Shown here piece after piece: positions 1-8,604 of a DNA stretch of 49,993 nucleotides. Position 1 is the stretch's first letter. Each line of letters starts with the position of its first letter. The notes beneath the pieces were generated by a model. The model was given only the letters and a program-made list of their open reading frames with translations, did no database searches and was not told where the DNA came from. The position numbers and the translations under genes were made by a program. This stretch comes from Candidatus Woesebacteria bacterium RIFCSPHIGHO2_01_FULL_39_23 (GTDB taxonomy: Bacteria; Patescibacteriota; Microgenomatia; UBA8517). The stretch spans positions 1 through 49,993 of the forward strand of contig MGGH01000005.1 of NCBI GenBank assembly GCA_001792305.1, read 5' to 3'.

Positions 1-226
1 GCACTATTTGAGGTTGGTTTTCCGAATCTTTTAGTTTCAGTCATTAAGTGCGGGTTCCAATGTGGAATTCTCTCTAGCAAAAAGTGACTTGCAAATGACA
101 ATGGAATCGATATTAACGGATTGGGTATTTTAGCTGCGATTGCAGATGCTACGGCCACATGTGGAGTCTCAAGCATAAGTCAAGTGTTTAAGTTGTAGCA
201 ACTAGTGTATACTTTTTGATAAAAGT

Positions 227-829
227 ATGTCAATTTTATTACTACTTTTTTCGTTTGTTGGTATTATAGTTTTTTTGTTCTTTTTGTGGCGAGGTCTTCG
301 TGAAGATTATAAAGTCAACGAAATTTTCTCTTTCGGCTTCCATGTAATTATTTTCATGATTATCGGCCTTTTGGTCTCTCTAATTTTTTATAAAACTGCT
401 TGGTTTTGGCTTTCATATGTAGGAGCAATTATAGGGTTTGTTATAGGATTAAATCGAGCAAAAATTAAATTTTTAGATGGACTTGAAACCGCCGTTTTGT
501 CTTTTTTTTATTTATTTGAAGTGGTTTTAGTCGGTTTTTTTCTAAACCTTTATAGTCCCTTGTCTTTTGCAATTATGGTTTTCGTTCTTTGGCTATTACT
601 ACTTTTTTACTTTTTAAGAGGTAAATATAAATCTTTTGGCTGGTACAAATCGGGCAGAATAGGGTTTTCAAGCCTCGCTGTTCTGATTATTTTTTTTGCT
701 TCAAGAGTACCTGTTGCTATATTTTTCCCCGATATGATATCCTTCTTAGGTAAATTTGACGCCATACCATCGCTTTTAGTCTGTTTGTTTTTTATTTTTA
801 TATTGATAAGATTGAGCAAAGGATTATGA
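227..829 (+). CDS. Integral membrane protein, unknown function
   Basis: 200-aa ORF with about six hydrophobic helices. ATGA stop/start overlap with the next gene at 826-829. No catalytic motif recognised. Confidence 0.6.
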   Translation: MSILLLLFSFVGIIVFLFFLWRGLREDYKVNEIFSFGFHVIIFMIIGLLVSLIFYKTAWFWLSYVGAIIGFVIGLNRAKIKFLDGLETAVLSFFYLFEVVLVGFFLNLYSPLSFAIMVFVLWLLLLFYFLRGKYKSFGWYKSGRIGFSSLAVLIIFFASRVPVAIFFPDMISFLGKFDAIPSLLVCLFFIFILIRLSKGL

Positions 830-1236
830 AGAGAAGGATTTTAAAGAAGGCCAAAGTAGTTAAAGCAAAAGAAGCTGTAGTATTTCCCAAGACTCTATTG
901 ATTCCTGTTGCTAATTTTCTAAACGGTCAGCTTAAAAATTTGTACAAAAGAAAGAAAGATATCGAGAAAGAAGATCCTTTTTCCCAAGACAGCAGGGTAA
1001 CCGATAATGCTGCACCTGATACCGAAGCAGACGAACAATTCGGGCATGCTAGGACCTCGGCAATTAAACAGCAGATAATTAGAAACATTATTCAGACAAG
1101 GAAGGCTCTTTCAAGAGTTAAAATTGGTAAATACGGAATCTGCGAAAACTGCGGTAGGATGATTGATACAGATCGCTTGATGATTTACCCCGAAGCCACT
1201 ATTTGTGTTAATTGTGAAAGAAAAAGAGAGAAGTAG
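826..1236 (+). CDS. DksA/TraR-family C4-type zinc-finger protein
   Basis: C-terminal CENCG...(17 aa)...CVNCERK four-Cys finger preceded by a coiled-coil-like region, typical of the DksA/TraR family. Confidence 0.8.
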   Translation: MKRRILKKAKVVKAKEAVVFPKTLLIPVANFLNGQLKNLYKRKKDIEKEDPFSQDSRVTDNAAPDTEADEQFGHARTSAIKQQIIRNIIQTRKALSRVKIGKYGICENCGRMIDTDRLMIYPEATICVNCERKREK

Positions 1237-1951
1237 TTTCTTGGCAACTCCTAAAGTAGTATTTGAAGATAATCATTTACTTGTTTTAGATAAGCCCGCA
1301 GGGTGGGTGGTCAACGTTGCTAAAACAACAATAGGACTGCAGGTTCTGCAAAGCTGGCTAGCACAAAACTATAATTATCCTCTAGCTAAAAGCCGGGAGA
1401 ATAGGTCGGGTATCGTGCATAGACTTGATAAGGAAACCAGTGGAATACTTGTTGTCGCAAAGAGAAAAGAAGCATATGACAATCTACAGAAACAGTTTAG
1501 AGAAAGAGTGGTGGAGAAAACTTATATCGCTTTAGTTCATGGGAAAGTCAGTCCTGAAAAAGGGATTATCGATGCACCTGTAGGAAGATTGCCTTGGAGA
1601 CGCGACCGATTTGGCGTGCTCCCCGGAGGAAGATCTGCGAAGACAAGTTATAAAGTGATTGCATATTACTTATTAGATGATGCATGCTACACATTGCTTG
1701 AACTTTATCCAAAAACAGGGCGAACTCATCAGATAAGGATACACATGAAGTATATCAATCACCCGGTTGTGGGAGATGCTTTTTACGCTGGTCGAAAAAC
1801 TGCAAGAAAAGACAGAACATGGTGTCCAAGGCTATTTCTGCATGCAAATAAATTAGGCTTTTTCCACCCCTTTACATTTAAGAAGTTGACATTTGAATCG
1901 AAATTAACCCAAGATCTTCAAGGCGTTCTTGGTCTTTTTAATGTAAAATGA
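1205..1951 (+). CDS. RluA-family pseudouridine synthase (no S4 domain)
   Basis: HRLDKETSGILVVAK catalytic-Asp motif and the GRTHQIRIH motif. Start is uncertain: GTG at 1205 overlaps the upstream gene, and the in-frame TTG at 1241 just after the upstream stop is an alternative. Confidence 0.85.
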   Translation: MLIVKEKERSSFLATPKVVFEDNHLLVLDKPAGWVVNVAKTTIGLQVLQSWLAQNYNYPLAKSRENRSGIVHRLDKETSGILVVAKRKEAYDNLQKQFRERVVEKTYIALVHGKVSPEKGIIDAPVGRLPWRRDRFGVLPGGRSAKTSYKVIAYYLLDDACYTLLELYPKTGRTHQIRIHMKYINHPVVGDAFYAGRKTARKDRTWCPRLFLHANKLGFFHPFTFKKLTFESKLTQDLQGVLGLFNVK

Positions 1952-1970
1952 GTATGAGCCTTAAAAAACA

Positions 1971-3644
1971 ATGAATTTTTTTCAGATATCTGCTTTTTTG
2001 GTAGCAGCATCACTCGGCGCAGGAATTGCAAAGCTAATGAAGCAACCCGTAATCGTGGGTTATCTAATGGCAGGTATTGCAATTACTACTTTGGGACTCA
2101 TTGACCCAGGCGACAAAGAAGGTATTCAAGGTTTAGGACAAATAGGGGTTACGCTTCTTTTATTTTTGGTTGGTATTGAAATGAATTTAAGAGAGCTTCC
2201 CGTTGTGGGTAAAACCTCGATTTACACGGGTATCGGGCAAATATTTTTTACTTCAATTTTAGGGTTTTTATTTTCCAAGTTTTTAGGGTTTCAAACTCTT
2301 CATTCTTTATATCTGGCGATTGCTCTTACTTTTTCTTCAACAATTGTGATCGTAAAGCTTCTCTCAGAAAAAAAGGACCTGGGTAGCTTATACGGAAAAA
2401 TTTCCGTTGGTTTTCTTTTGGTTCAAGATTTTGTTGCGGTGATGATTCTTGTGGTTTTATCGGGTATGCGCTTTGGAGAACTTGACTTTCCTTCTATGGT
2501 TTTTGTTTTGGTAAACGCATTGGTTTTTTTTGCTATTATTTTATCTCTATCAAGAAAAGTTTTACCCTTTATTTTTGACCGGTTTTTAGGGAATTCTCCT
2601 GAGCTTTTATTTGTTTCGAGTCTGGCTTGGGCATTGGGGATTGCAAGTTTAGTGCGGGCAATGGGCTTTAGCTTTGAAGTGGGTGGTTTTCTGGCTGGTC
2701 TTGCTCTTTCAAACCTACCTGAACACTTAGAAGTAGCAAGTAAGGTTAGACCCCTCCGAGACTTTTTTTTGGCAATTTTCTTTATTTATTTGGGTAGTAG
2801 TTTGGGTGTAAGTTTCTCTTTAGAAATAGTTTTACCTGTATTAGCCTTTTCTTTATTTGTACTTACTATAAAACCAGCCGTTATTATGGGTATAATAGGA
2901 TTTTTAGGGTATAAAAAGAGAACAGCTTTTCTTCCCTCCCTTTTAAGCTCTCAAATATCGGAGTTTTCGCTTATTATTGTAGCTCTGGGTCAAAGTTTGG
3001 GCCATCTTGAAAATAGTCATGTGTCCATAGTAGTTATTACAGGAATAATAACAATAACTATTTCAACTTATTTAGTAAAACACTCTGAGAAAATTTATAA
3101 GAAATTTGAAGACCACCTAGGAATATTTGAAAAAGTCGTTACCAAAGAGCCTGATTTGGAGTTTTCCGGGGAACTTAAGGATCACGTTGTAATTTTTGGC
3201 TGTCATAGAACTGGTAAGATTTTAACTGAATATTTTTTAAAAAATAAAATTAGCTTTATCGTGGTTGATTTTAATCCTAAAGTATACGAAGAGTTGACAA
3301 GTAGGAAAATCCCTGTTCTATTCGGGGATATGGCTGATACCGATATATTGGAAAGAGCACAACTTGAAAAATCAAGGGTCCTAATTTCAACAGTACCTGA
3401 TTTTTTAGATAATGTGGAATTACTTGAACATATAAAGAAGTTTTCAAGAAAGCCGCTGACAATAATTTCTTCAAAAACCAAAACCGAGGCAATAAGGCTT
3501 TATGAGTTAGGTTCGGATATGGTCTTAGTACCAGAGGTTGTTACAGGCAGATACATTAAAAGAATTTTGAGTTTGACAAAACTTAAGGCGTTTGGGATTA
3601 GAAAGATTGGTAGAGCAAATTTTGTGGATCTAAGTAAAGAATGA
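1971..3644 (+). CDS. CPA2-type cation:proton antiporter with C-terminal TrkA-N/RCK domain
   Basis: About 12 TM helices with Kef/NapA-like organisation. The C-terminal VVIFGCHRTGK Rossmann-like motif is typical of RCK domains. Confidence 0.85.
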   Translation: MNFFQISAFLVAASLGAGIAKLMKQPVIVGYLMAGIAITTLGLIDPGDKEGIQGLGQIGVTLLLFLVGIEMNLRELPVVGKTSIYTGIGQIFFTSILGFLFSKFLGFQTLHSLYLAIALTFSSTIVIVKLLSEKKDLGSLYGKISVGFLLVQDFVAVMILVVLSGMRFGELDFPSMVFVLVNALVFFAIILSLSRKVLPFIFDRFLGNSPELLFVSSLAWALGIASLVRAMGFSFEVGGFLAGLALSNLPEHLEVASKVRPLRDFFLAIFFIYLGSSLGVSFSLEIVLPVLAFSLFVLTIKPAVIMGIIGFLGYKKRTAFLPSLLSSQISEFSLIIVALGQSLGHLENSHVSIVVITGIITITISTYLVKHSEKIYKKFEDHLGIFEKVVTKEPDLEFSGELKDHVVIFGCHRTGKILTEYFLKNKISFIVVDFNPKVYEELTSRKIPVLFGDMADTDILERAQLEKSRVLISTVPDFLDNVELLEHIKKFSRKPLTIISSKTKTEAIRLYELGSDMVLVPEVVTGRYIKRILSLTKLKAFGIRKIGRANFVDLSKE

Positions 3645-4534
3645 GAAAGAAACCTGCCCGCTTAGTATTTTCTGTCGGAATTTTTATTAGTGTTACTTTA
3701 ATTTTAAGTTTTGTTCTCTCCAAGTCTTACTGGAATGGGGAAACTAATTTTACTATTGTGTCTGGGGGAGAAAGCGGCGATGTTTTTATTTACACTATCT
3801 CTCCAATCACTCCAGCGATAATTGTGGTAAAAGTGCCTCAAGACACCGAAGTGGATGTTTCCCGCGGTTTCGGGAAACTTAAGATTAAAAATCTATGGAA
3901 ACTTAGCAAAAATGAGAAAATTGGCGGATTATTATTACAGGAAACATTAACTAAATCTTTTAAAATACCCGTTGAGGCGTTTGTTCATGAGAAGGGAGTG
4001 GGATTGTTGTCAACAAACTTACTTACCAGGCTATCAATACTTTTTTCTGGCTTTGAAACAAACCTAACTACAGGGGATAAACTTAGACTATTTTTTTATG
4101 GATTTCGCGTGTCAAGGGAGAATCGCACAGTGATTGATCTTGGACAATACTCGGCATTTCTAGTTAAAAGTAAACTCAAAGACGGTGATGAAGGATATAT
4201 TATAAGTGAGGACAATCTGCCTCCTAAGCTAATAGGAATTTATACGGATCCTGTAATTAGTCGGCAGAACCTCAATGCAGTAGTAAAGTCCAGTGGAAAC
4301 TTGAAAATTAAGGCTCGGATACTTGGAAAAGTTCTTGAGATATTAGGCCCGAAACTTGCGTCTTTTTCGGATATAGTGAACGATGATTTAGAAGAAAAGT
4401 CTTGTATTGTTTTAGCTAAAGACAGCTATACGCGAAAAAAAATAGCAAGGGTGTTTGGCTGCGAACAAAAAAATGGTGAACCTACAGGTAACTTTGATGT
4501 TGAAGTGATTGTGGGGAAAAACTTATTCCTGTAA
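3641..4534 (+). CDS. Membrane-anchored hypothetical protein (possible LytR_C-like C-terminal domain)
   Basis: 297-aa ORF with one N-terminal TM helix. ATGA overlap with the upstream gene. The domain call rests on weak pattern resemblance only. Confidence 0.55.
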   Translation: MRKKPARLVFSVGIFISVTLILSFVLSKSYWNGETNFTIVSGGESGDVFIYTISPITPAIIVVKVPQDTEVDVSRGFGKLKIKNLWKLSKNEKIGGLLLQETLTKSFKIPVEAFVHEKGVGLLSTNLLTRLSILFSGFETNLTTGDKLRLFFYGFRVSRENRTVIDLGQYSAFLVKSKLKDGDEGYIISEDNLPPKLIGIYTDPVISRQNLNAVVKSSGNLKIKARILGKVLEILGPKLASFSDIVNDDLEEKSCIVLAKDSYTRKKIARVFGCEQKNGEPTGNFDVEVIVGKNLFL

Positions 4535-5233
4535 CTCTTCACTGTATGGTGTTTCATGACGTTTAACTAAATGGGGTGGGGTATAGGCAATGTAAGAGAG
4601 CTTTTCCTGTGGAAACGACGGAATATTTTCCATTCCTTTTCCTCGGGAAATTTCCCTAATAAAAACTCTAATATCTCCGCTACTTATTGACTTGACTAAT
4701 ACTTTATATTCATAACCCCGTTTTATAAAATTAATTAGTCTCATTGATATATCATCTGTTAGTCTTCCGATGTATTTATTATCGGCAGTGGAAACAGACA
4801 CGCGATGAGTGTAGCAGAGGAGTTTGACTTCATCGCCAGCATCAAGATAATTGACAACTTTTTCGTCGCCAGTGTGAAGCAATTTTACAATTCTGGTTTT
4901 TCCTGATTCTTCCAAAAAGTCGTCGACATTCCCTGTGATTGCCTTATCTTTAGTGTCTGTTGAGAAAGACTTCCATTTAGTAAGACACTTTTTGGCTATT
5001 GAGTTAACAGGATCAATTTTAAGTACTTTTTTACTGGTTGCGATTGCTGGTTCTTTTTTTCCGGTTTCGGCAAAGGCGCGAGCAAGTCTGTTAAGTGCTT
5101 CAACATCGCGAGCGTTATTTTTGAGGATTTTTTTATTTATTTCTATTGCTTTTTTCCAACTACCTTTAAAGGCAGCAGAAATAGCCAGTTGGGCAAGCTC
5201 GTCGTTCATTTTTGGGTTTAATACCGACTGCAT
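4523..5233 (-). CDS. TPR-repeat protein with C-terminal beta-rich domain (HIRAN-like?)
   Basis: The N-terminal 100 aa have a TPR-like A/L/N pattern (EALNRLARAFAETGK). The C-terminal domain assignment is tentative. Convergent 12-nt overlap with the previous gene. Confidence 0.55.
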   Translation of the reverse strand: MQSVLNPKMNDELAQLAISAAFKGSWKKAIEINKKILKNNARDVEALNRLARAFAETGKKEPAIATSKKVLKIDPVNSIAKKCLTKWKSFSTDTKDKAITGNVDDFLEESGKTRIVKLLHTGDEKVVNYLDAGDEVKLLCYTHRVSVSTADNKYIGRLTDDISMRLINFIKRGYEYKVLVKSISSGDIRVFIREISRGKGMENIPSFPQEKLSYIAYTPPHLVKRHETPYSEELQE

Positions 5234-5312
5234 AACAGTATAGTTATGAAAAGGTGATTGTCAAGATGAAACCGCTATTCTTCAGGGGTTTGGTGAGGTA
5301 TAATATTAACGC

Positions 5313-6056
5313 ATGTCAGGACATTCGCACTACGCAACCATTCACCGTCAAAAAGAGTTAAAAGACGCCAAGAAGGGAAATGTTTTCTCCAAATTAGCTC
5401 GGGCCATCTCCATTGCTGTTAAAGCAGGCGGTGGACCAGACCCGGATTCCAATTTCAAACTTCGAATGGTTATTGATAAAGCTAAAGCCCAGAATATGCC
5501 CAAAGTTAATGTCGAGAGAGCAATTGCCTCAGGAGTTGGGGGAGAAAAACTTGAAGAGGTGGTGTATGAAGGCTTTGGGCCTCTTGGAATTGCTGTAATG
5601 GTGGAGGCAGCAACTGATAACAGGAATCGTACTGGCCAAGAAATTAAAAACCTGTTTGAGCGGGGAGGAGGAAATATGGGCGGTCCAGGCGCGGTGGCTT
5701 ACAATTTTGAACAAAAAGCTTTAATTGAGATTAAAAAGAGTAAGAACTCTGAACAACAAATCTTAAGTATTATTGATCTTGGAGTCGATGAAGTAGAGGA
5801 GACGAATGAATCCATCGAGGTTTATGTTAATCCTAATGACTATTCAAGCAAGCTGGCAATGATTCATGAAAAGGGGTTTGAAGTGTTGTTATCGGAAATT
5901 ACCCAAAAACCTAAAAATTTCAGAGAAATTGGTAATATTGATGACGCTAAAAGAATATTATCCTTTTTGGATAATATTTCAAGTCATGACGATGTTTTGA
6001 GGGTTCATTCAAACGTCGATATTCCGGATTTAATACTAAGGCAACTAAATCCTTAA
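5313..6056 (+). CDS. YebC/PmpR-family transcriptional regulator
   Basis: N-terminus MSGHSHYATIHRQKELKDAKKGNVFSKLARAI... is the hallmark YebC signature. TATAAT lies at 5299-5304, 8 nt before the ATG, and there is no SD. Confidence 0.92.
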   Translation: MSGHSHYATIHRQKELKDAKKGNVFSKLARAISIAVKAGGGPDPDSNFKLRMVIDKAKAQNMPKVNVERAIASGVGGEKLEEVVYEGFGPLGIAVMVEAATDNRNRTGQEIKNLFERGGGNMGGPGAVAYNFEQKALIEIKKSKNSEQQILSIIDLGVDEVEETNESIEVYVNPNDYSSKLAMIHEKGFEVLLSEITQKPKNFREIGNIDDAKRILSFLDNISSHDDVLRVHSNVDIPDLILRQLNP

Positions 6057-6067
6057 ATAGACCCTCC

Positions 6068-6838
6068 ATGACTAAAAGAAAAAAATTTGTATTCACATCA
6101 GTTTTATTAACACTTGGTTTTTTAGTTGTCCAGTTTTTGGAAGATCAACATAGACTACTTGGGATTTCTCTTTTGTCTCTATTATCTATTTTGCTTTTTG
6201 TTTGGTCTTTAAGGGAAGGGTTAGGGAAAAACACGACGCTTTTATCTTTGATACTTCCACCGATGTTCACTGTAGGGGTCGGGTTATTTTGGTTTTTACT
6301 TCCTACCGTGATATACACTCGCGTACCGGTGCTGGTTTTTTACGCAATAGGAATATATGCAATCTGTCTAACAAATAACATTTTTACCGTTGCAGCTATA
6401 AGAACTATAGCCTTAGCCCGCGCTGCCAAAAGTGTTGGTTTTGTTCTCACATTAATAACCTCATTTCTTATTTTCGACGCAATATTTTCGGTTAGAACAG
6501 ACATTGTTACTCATATACTTTTAATAGTCTTTGTGTCATTTCTACTTTTTTTCCAAGGTTTTTGGGAAAGCGATTTAAATAAGTCATTTAGTCGGCAAGT
6601 TTTTACCCAGTCCTTGGTCTCGTCACTACTCGTTGGACAGATTGCGGCCCTTTTGTATTTCTGGCCTGTTACGGTAGTGGTTGGTTCAGTTTTTCTGACA
6701 GCTTCAATTTATATTTTTTTAGGGTTGGGGCAAGCCTACATTGAGGGCAGACTTTTTAAAGATACTGTTAAAGATTATATAATATTGGGTGTATTAGTCT
6801 TTGTTGCAATGCTTTTTGTCACTCACTGGGGAGGATGA
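6068..6838 (+). CDS. Integral membrane protein, unknown function
   Basis: 256-aa ORF with 7-8 hydrophobic helices. Confidence 0.6.
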   Translation: MTKRKKFVFTSVLLTLGFLVVQFLEDQHRLLGISLLSLLSILLFVWSLREGLGKNTTLLSLILPPMFTVGVGLFWFLLPTVIYTRVPVLVFYAIGIYAICLTNNIFTVAAIRTIALARAAKSVGFVLTLITSFLIFDAIFSVRTDIVTHILLIVFVSFLLFFQGFWESDLNKSFSRQVFTQSLVSSLLVGQIAALLYFWPVTVVVGSVFLTASIYIFLGLGQAYIEGRLFKDTVKDYIILGVLVFVAMLFVTHWGG

Positions 6839-6854
6839 CATAAGCGCGGGGAAG

Positions 6855-7397
6855 AGGGGAGAGACAAAAGGTACAAAACCTATTTTAAAAATAATCTTTC
6901 ACGAATTACTATGGTTTATTTTCACGACACTTAAATATTATAGGCCACATAAAACCCGAAACAAATTCATTTGATATGTTATGATATATTCAACAGGCAC
7001 AATTGTGGATAAGTGTAACAACTACCGACACCCCATGGGTTAATAAGGTTAATAATCCCTTTAAATTGTAAGCACACATCTTTGTGGGAGCAAATATATG
7101 ATTTGGGTTAGTTAGGATTTTTTAGTACTCAAAGAGATCGCCCATCTTTAAAGGGGAGTTCTATATAAAGTCGCACAATAATACTTTTGCGACGCATGTT
7201 GGATATCCAAGGGGGAAGTACTTTTTACGTGGTTTACGCCGTAAAGATAAAAGTTTTATTTACTTCTTGGTAATGCTAGAGGTTAAAGCTTATTTTCTTA
7301 ATTCCCGTTTTAACAATTTTGTTTTTAGTAAAGCATAACCCTAACATATGCCGAAGTTATACACTTGAAACCGATTGTGATTACAAGTCTCTCCCCT
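6855..7397. repeat. 11-bp inverted-repeat pair flanking about 520 bp
   Basis: AGGGGAGAGAC at 6855-6865 is the exact reverse complement of GTCTCTCCCCT at 7387-7397. Confidence 0.8.
7004..7012 (-). promoter_or_regulatory. Perfect DnaA-box 9-mer (TTATCCACA on the minus strand)
   Basis: TGTGGATAA is read directly. It is embedded in the palindrome CACAATTGTG (6998-7007). It is the only perfect box in the interval. Confidence 0.3.
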
Positions 7398-7568
7398 TTT
7401 GGGGGTTTCTCTATAGAGAAGTGATAAGAGATGATTAATTAATGAGTATCTATATATCCAGTGCCCTGAAGGGGCCTTAGAAATGAAATGGTGAAGGCAA
7501 AAAGCAATGAGATTAGTAAGAGTGTACGAGTGAGCTGATATGTCCACACACATATTTGTCGCACAATA
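7170..7568 (+). repeat. 11-nt direct repeat GTCGCACAATA (7170-7180 and 7558-7568)
   Basis: Exact match read from the sequence. The second copy abuts the -35 hexamer of the recombinase promoter. Confidence 0.75.
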
Positions 7569-7595
7569 TTGACACTTGGGCAAGCTTGGTATAAA
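7569..7595 (+). promoter_or_regulatory. Sigma-70-like promoter of the recombinase gene
   Basis: TTGACA (7569-7574), then a 15-nt spacer, then TATAAA (7590-7595) preceded by TGg (extended -10). The ATG lies 31 nt downstream. Confidence 0.45.
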
Positions 7596-7626
7596 CTGAA
7601 TTATTGATTTATTGAGTTACTAGAAG

Positions 7627-8583
7627 ATGTCTGCCCAAAATGAACTTCAAAAGAAAATAGAAGAATTTTTGGAATATTTGGAAATAGAAAAGGGCTCTTC
7701 CCCTCTAACGATTCGAAACTATAGGCATTATCTAAATCGATTTACCCAATGGCTTACAAATAACAAATATTCTCTTTCGATAAATGAAATAAACCCGGAG
7801 ATAATTCGTCACTATAGAGTTTACTTATCACGACTGCCTTCGCATCCGGGACTACATGGGAGTCTGGGTGGTAATTTATCTAGGCGCACCCAGGGATACC
7901 ACATAATAGCTCTTAGGTCTTTTTTGCGCTGGTTAACGAAGCTTGATATTAAAGTAATGGCTCCCGATAAAATTGATCTGCCAAAAGTAGAAGACCGGAA
8001 AGTAAAATTTTTGTCGGGCGACCAGGTAGATAGGCTTCTTAACGCTCCGAGTTTGTCAACTTTAAACGGTAAACGCGATAAAGCAATATTGGAATTGCTG
8101 TTTTCTACCGGTCTTCGTGTGTCGGAGCTGGTTATGCTTAATCGTGACAAAGTAGATCTTGATAGGCGTGAGTTTGGCATTGTTGGCAAAGGGGGACGGG
8201 CTAGAGTAGTGTTTTTGTCTACACGAGCGGCAGAGTGGCTAAATAAGTATTTGGAGGCGAGACATGATCACCTTTATCCCCTCTTTATCCGGCATAAAGG
8301 GAAGACAGATCCAACAATAACAGACGAGAAGGTTCGTCTTACTCCCCGATCGATTCAAAGAATGGTTAAAAAATATGTAAAAAAAATTAAACTTCCTGTA
8401 GAAGCTACACCACACGTCCTCCGTCATAGTTTTGCAACCGACCTACTTATGGCAGGAGCAGACATTCGTTCGGTCCAAGAGATGCTCGGGCATAAAAACA
8501 TATCAACAACCCAAATTTATACCCATGTAACTAATAAACAACTCAGGGAAATTCATGAGACATTCCATGGTCGTGGGAGGTAG
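7627..8583 (+). CDS. xerC: XerC/XerD-type tyrosine site-specific recombinase
   Basis: N-terminal SAM-like core-binding domain (FLEYLEIEKGSSPLTIRNYRHYL). The catalytic residues lie in ...LRHSFATDLLMAGADIRSVQEMLGHKNISTTQIYTHV. Confidence 0.85.
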   Translation: MSAQNELQKKIEEFLEYLEIEKGSSPLTIRNYRHYLNRFTQWLTNNKYSLSINEINPEIIRHYRVYLSRLPSHPGLHGSLGGNLSRRTQGYHIIALRSFLRWLTKLDIKVMAPDKIDLPKVEDRKVKFLSGDQVDRLLNAPSLSTLNGKRDKAILELLFSTGLRVSELVMLNRDKVDLDRREFGIVGKGGRARVVFLSTRAAEWLNKYLEARHDHLYPLFIRHKGKTDPTITDEKVRLTPRSIQRMVKKYVKKIKLPVEATPHVLRHSFATDLLMAGADIRSVQEMLGHKNISTTQIYTHVTNKQLREIHETFHGRGR

Positions 8584-8604
8584 ATTTGTATTTTAAGTGA
8601 TACC

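Larger units (their letters stand above)
6839..7626. other. Unusually long gene-free interval (candidate structured RNA, recombinase-associated switch or decayed gene)
   Basis: No credible ORF in six frames, in a genome where most intergenic gaps are 0-150 nt. By eye the base composition is closer to coding than to the other spacers. Several complementary G-rich and pyrimidine-rich blocks are present. Confidence 0.3.

Noticed and set aside
1-198. Frame 1 is open from the window start to the TAG at 196-198 except for one TGA at 85-87. This could be selenocysteine or TGA recoding, or a pseudogene.
   Set aside because: Many well-conserved genes in the window end at TGA (for example tyrS and rplT), so code 25 or code 4 is unlikely. 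A 37-codon open stretch after the TGA is not statistically unusual. Too little sequence is available to identify the upstream gene, which probably simply ends at 87.
6855-7397. A MITE or non-autonomous IS element bounded by the 11-bp inverted repeats.
   Set aside because: No target-site duplication flanks the repeats (GGGGAAG on the left, TTTGGGG on the right). The repeats do not extend beyond 11 bp. There is no transposase anywhere in the window, and no second copy within it.
7341-7583. 80-aa minus-strand ORF inside the long spacer.
   Set aside because: It has no SD or promoter context and an odd Cys/His/Tyr-rich composition. It runs through the recombinase promoter, so it is probably a chance ORF.
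6839-7626. Chromosomal replication origin (oriC), suggested by the perfect DnaA box TGTGGATAA at 7004-7012 and by nearby gyrA/gyrB.
   Set aside because: There is only one perfect box. The other candidates (for example TTATACACT at about 7357 and ATGTCCACA at about 7541) have 2 or more mismatches. There is no box cluster, no obvious DnaA-trio/DUE arrangement, and no dnaA or dnaN in the window. A single box is retained as a feature at low confidence.
6839-7626. A known housekeeping RNA (RNase P RNA, tmRNA or SRP RNA) hidden in the long spacer.
   Set aside because: I could not find the signature strings on either strand. These are the GAGGAAAGUCC-type P4 motif, the tmRNA tRNA-like GGUUCGA...CCACCA end, and the SRP domain IV GGAAGCAGCC-like motif. 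Divergent versions cannot be excluded without covariance-model searches.
7627-8583. The tyrosine recombinase as a marker of a prophage or integrative element.
   Set aside because: There are no phage, conjugation or cargo genes on either side, and no tRNA or att-like duplication nearby. The sequence looks like a housekeeping XerC/D type. It may still act on the adjacent inverted repeats (see findings).
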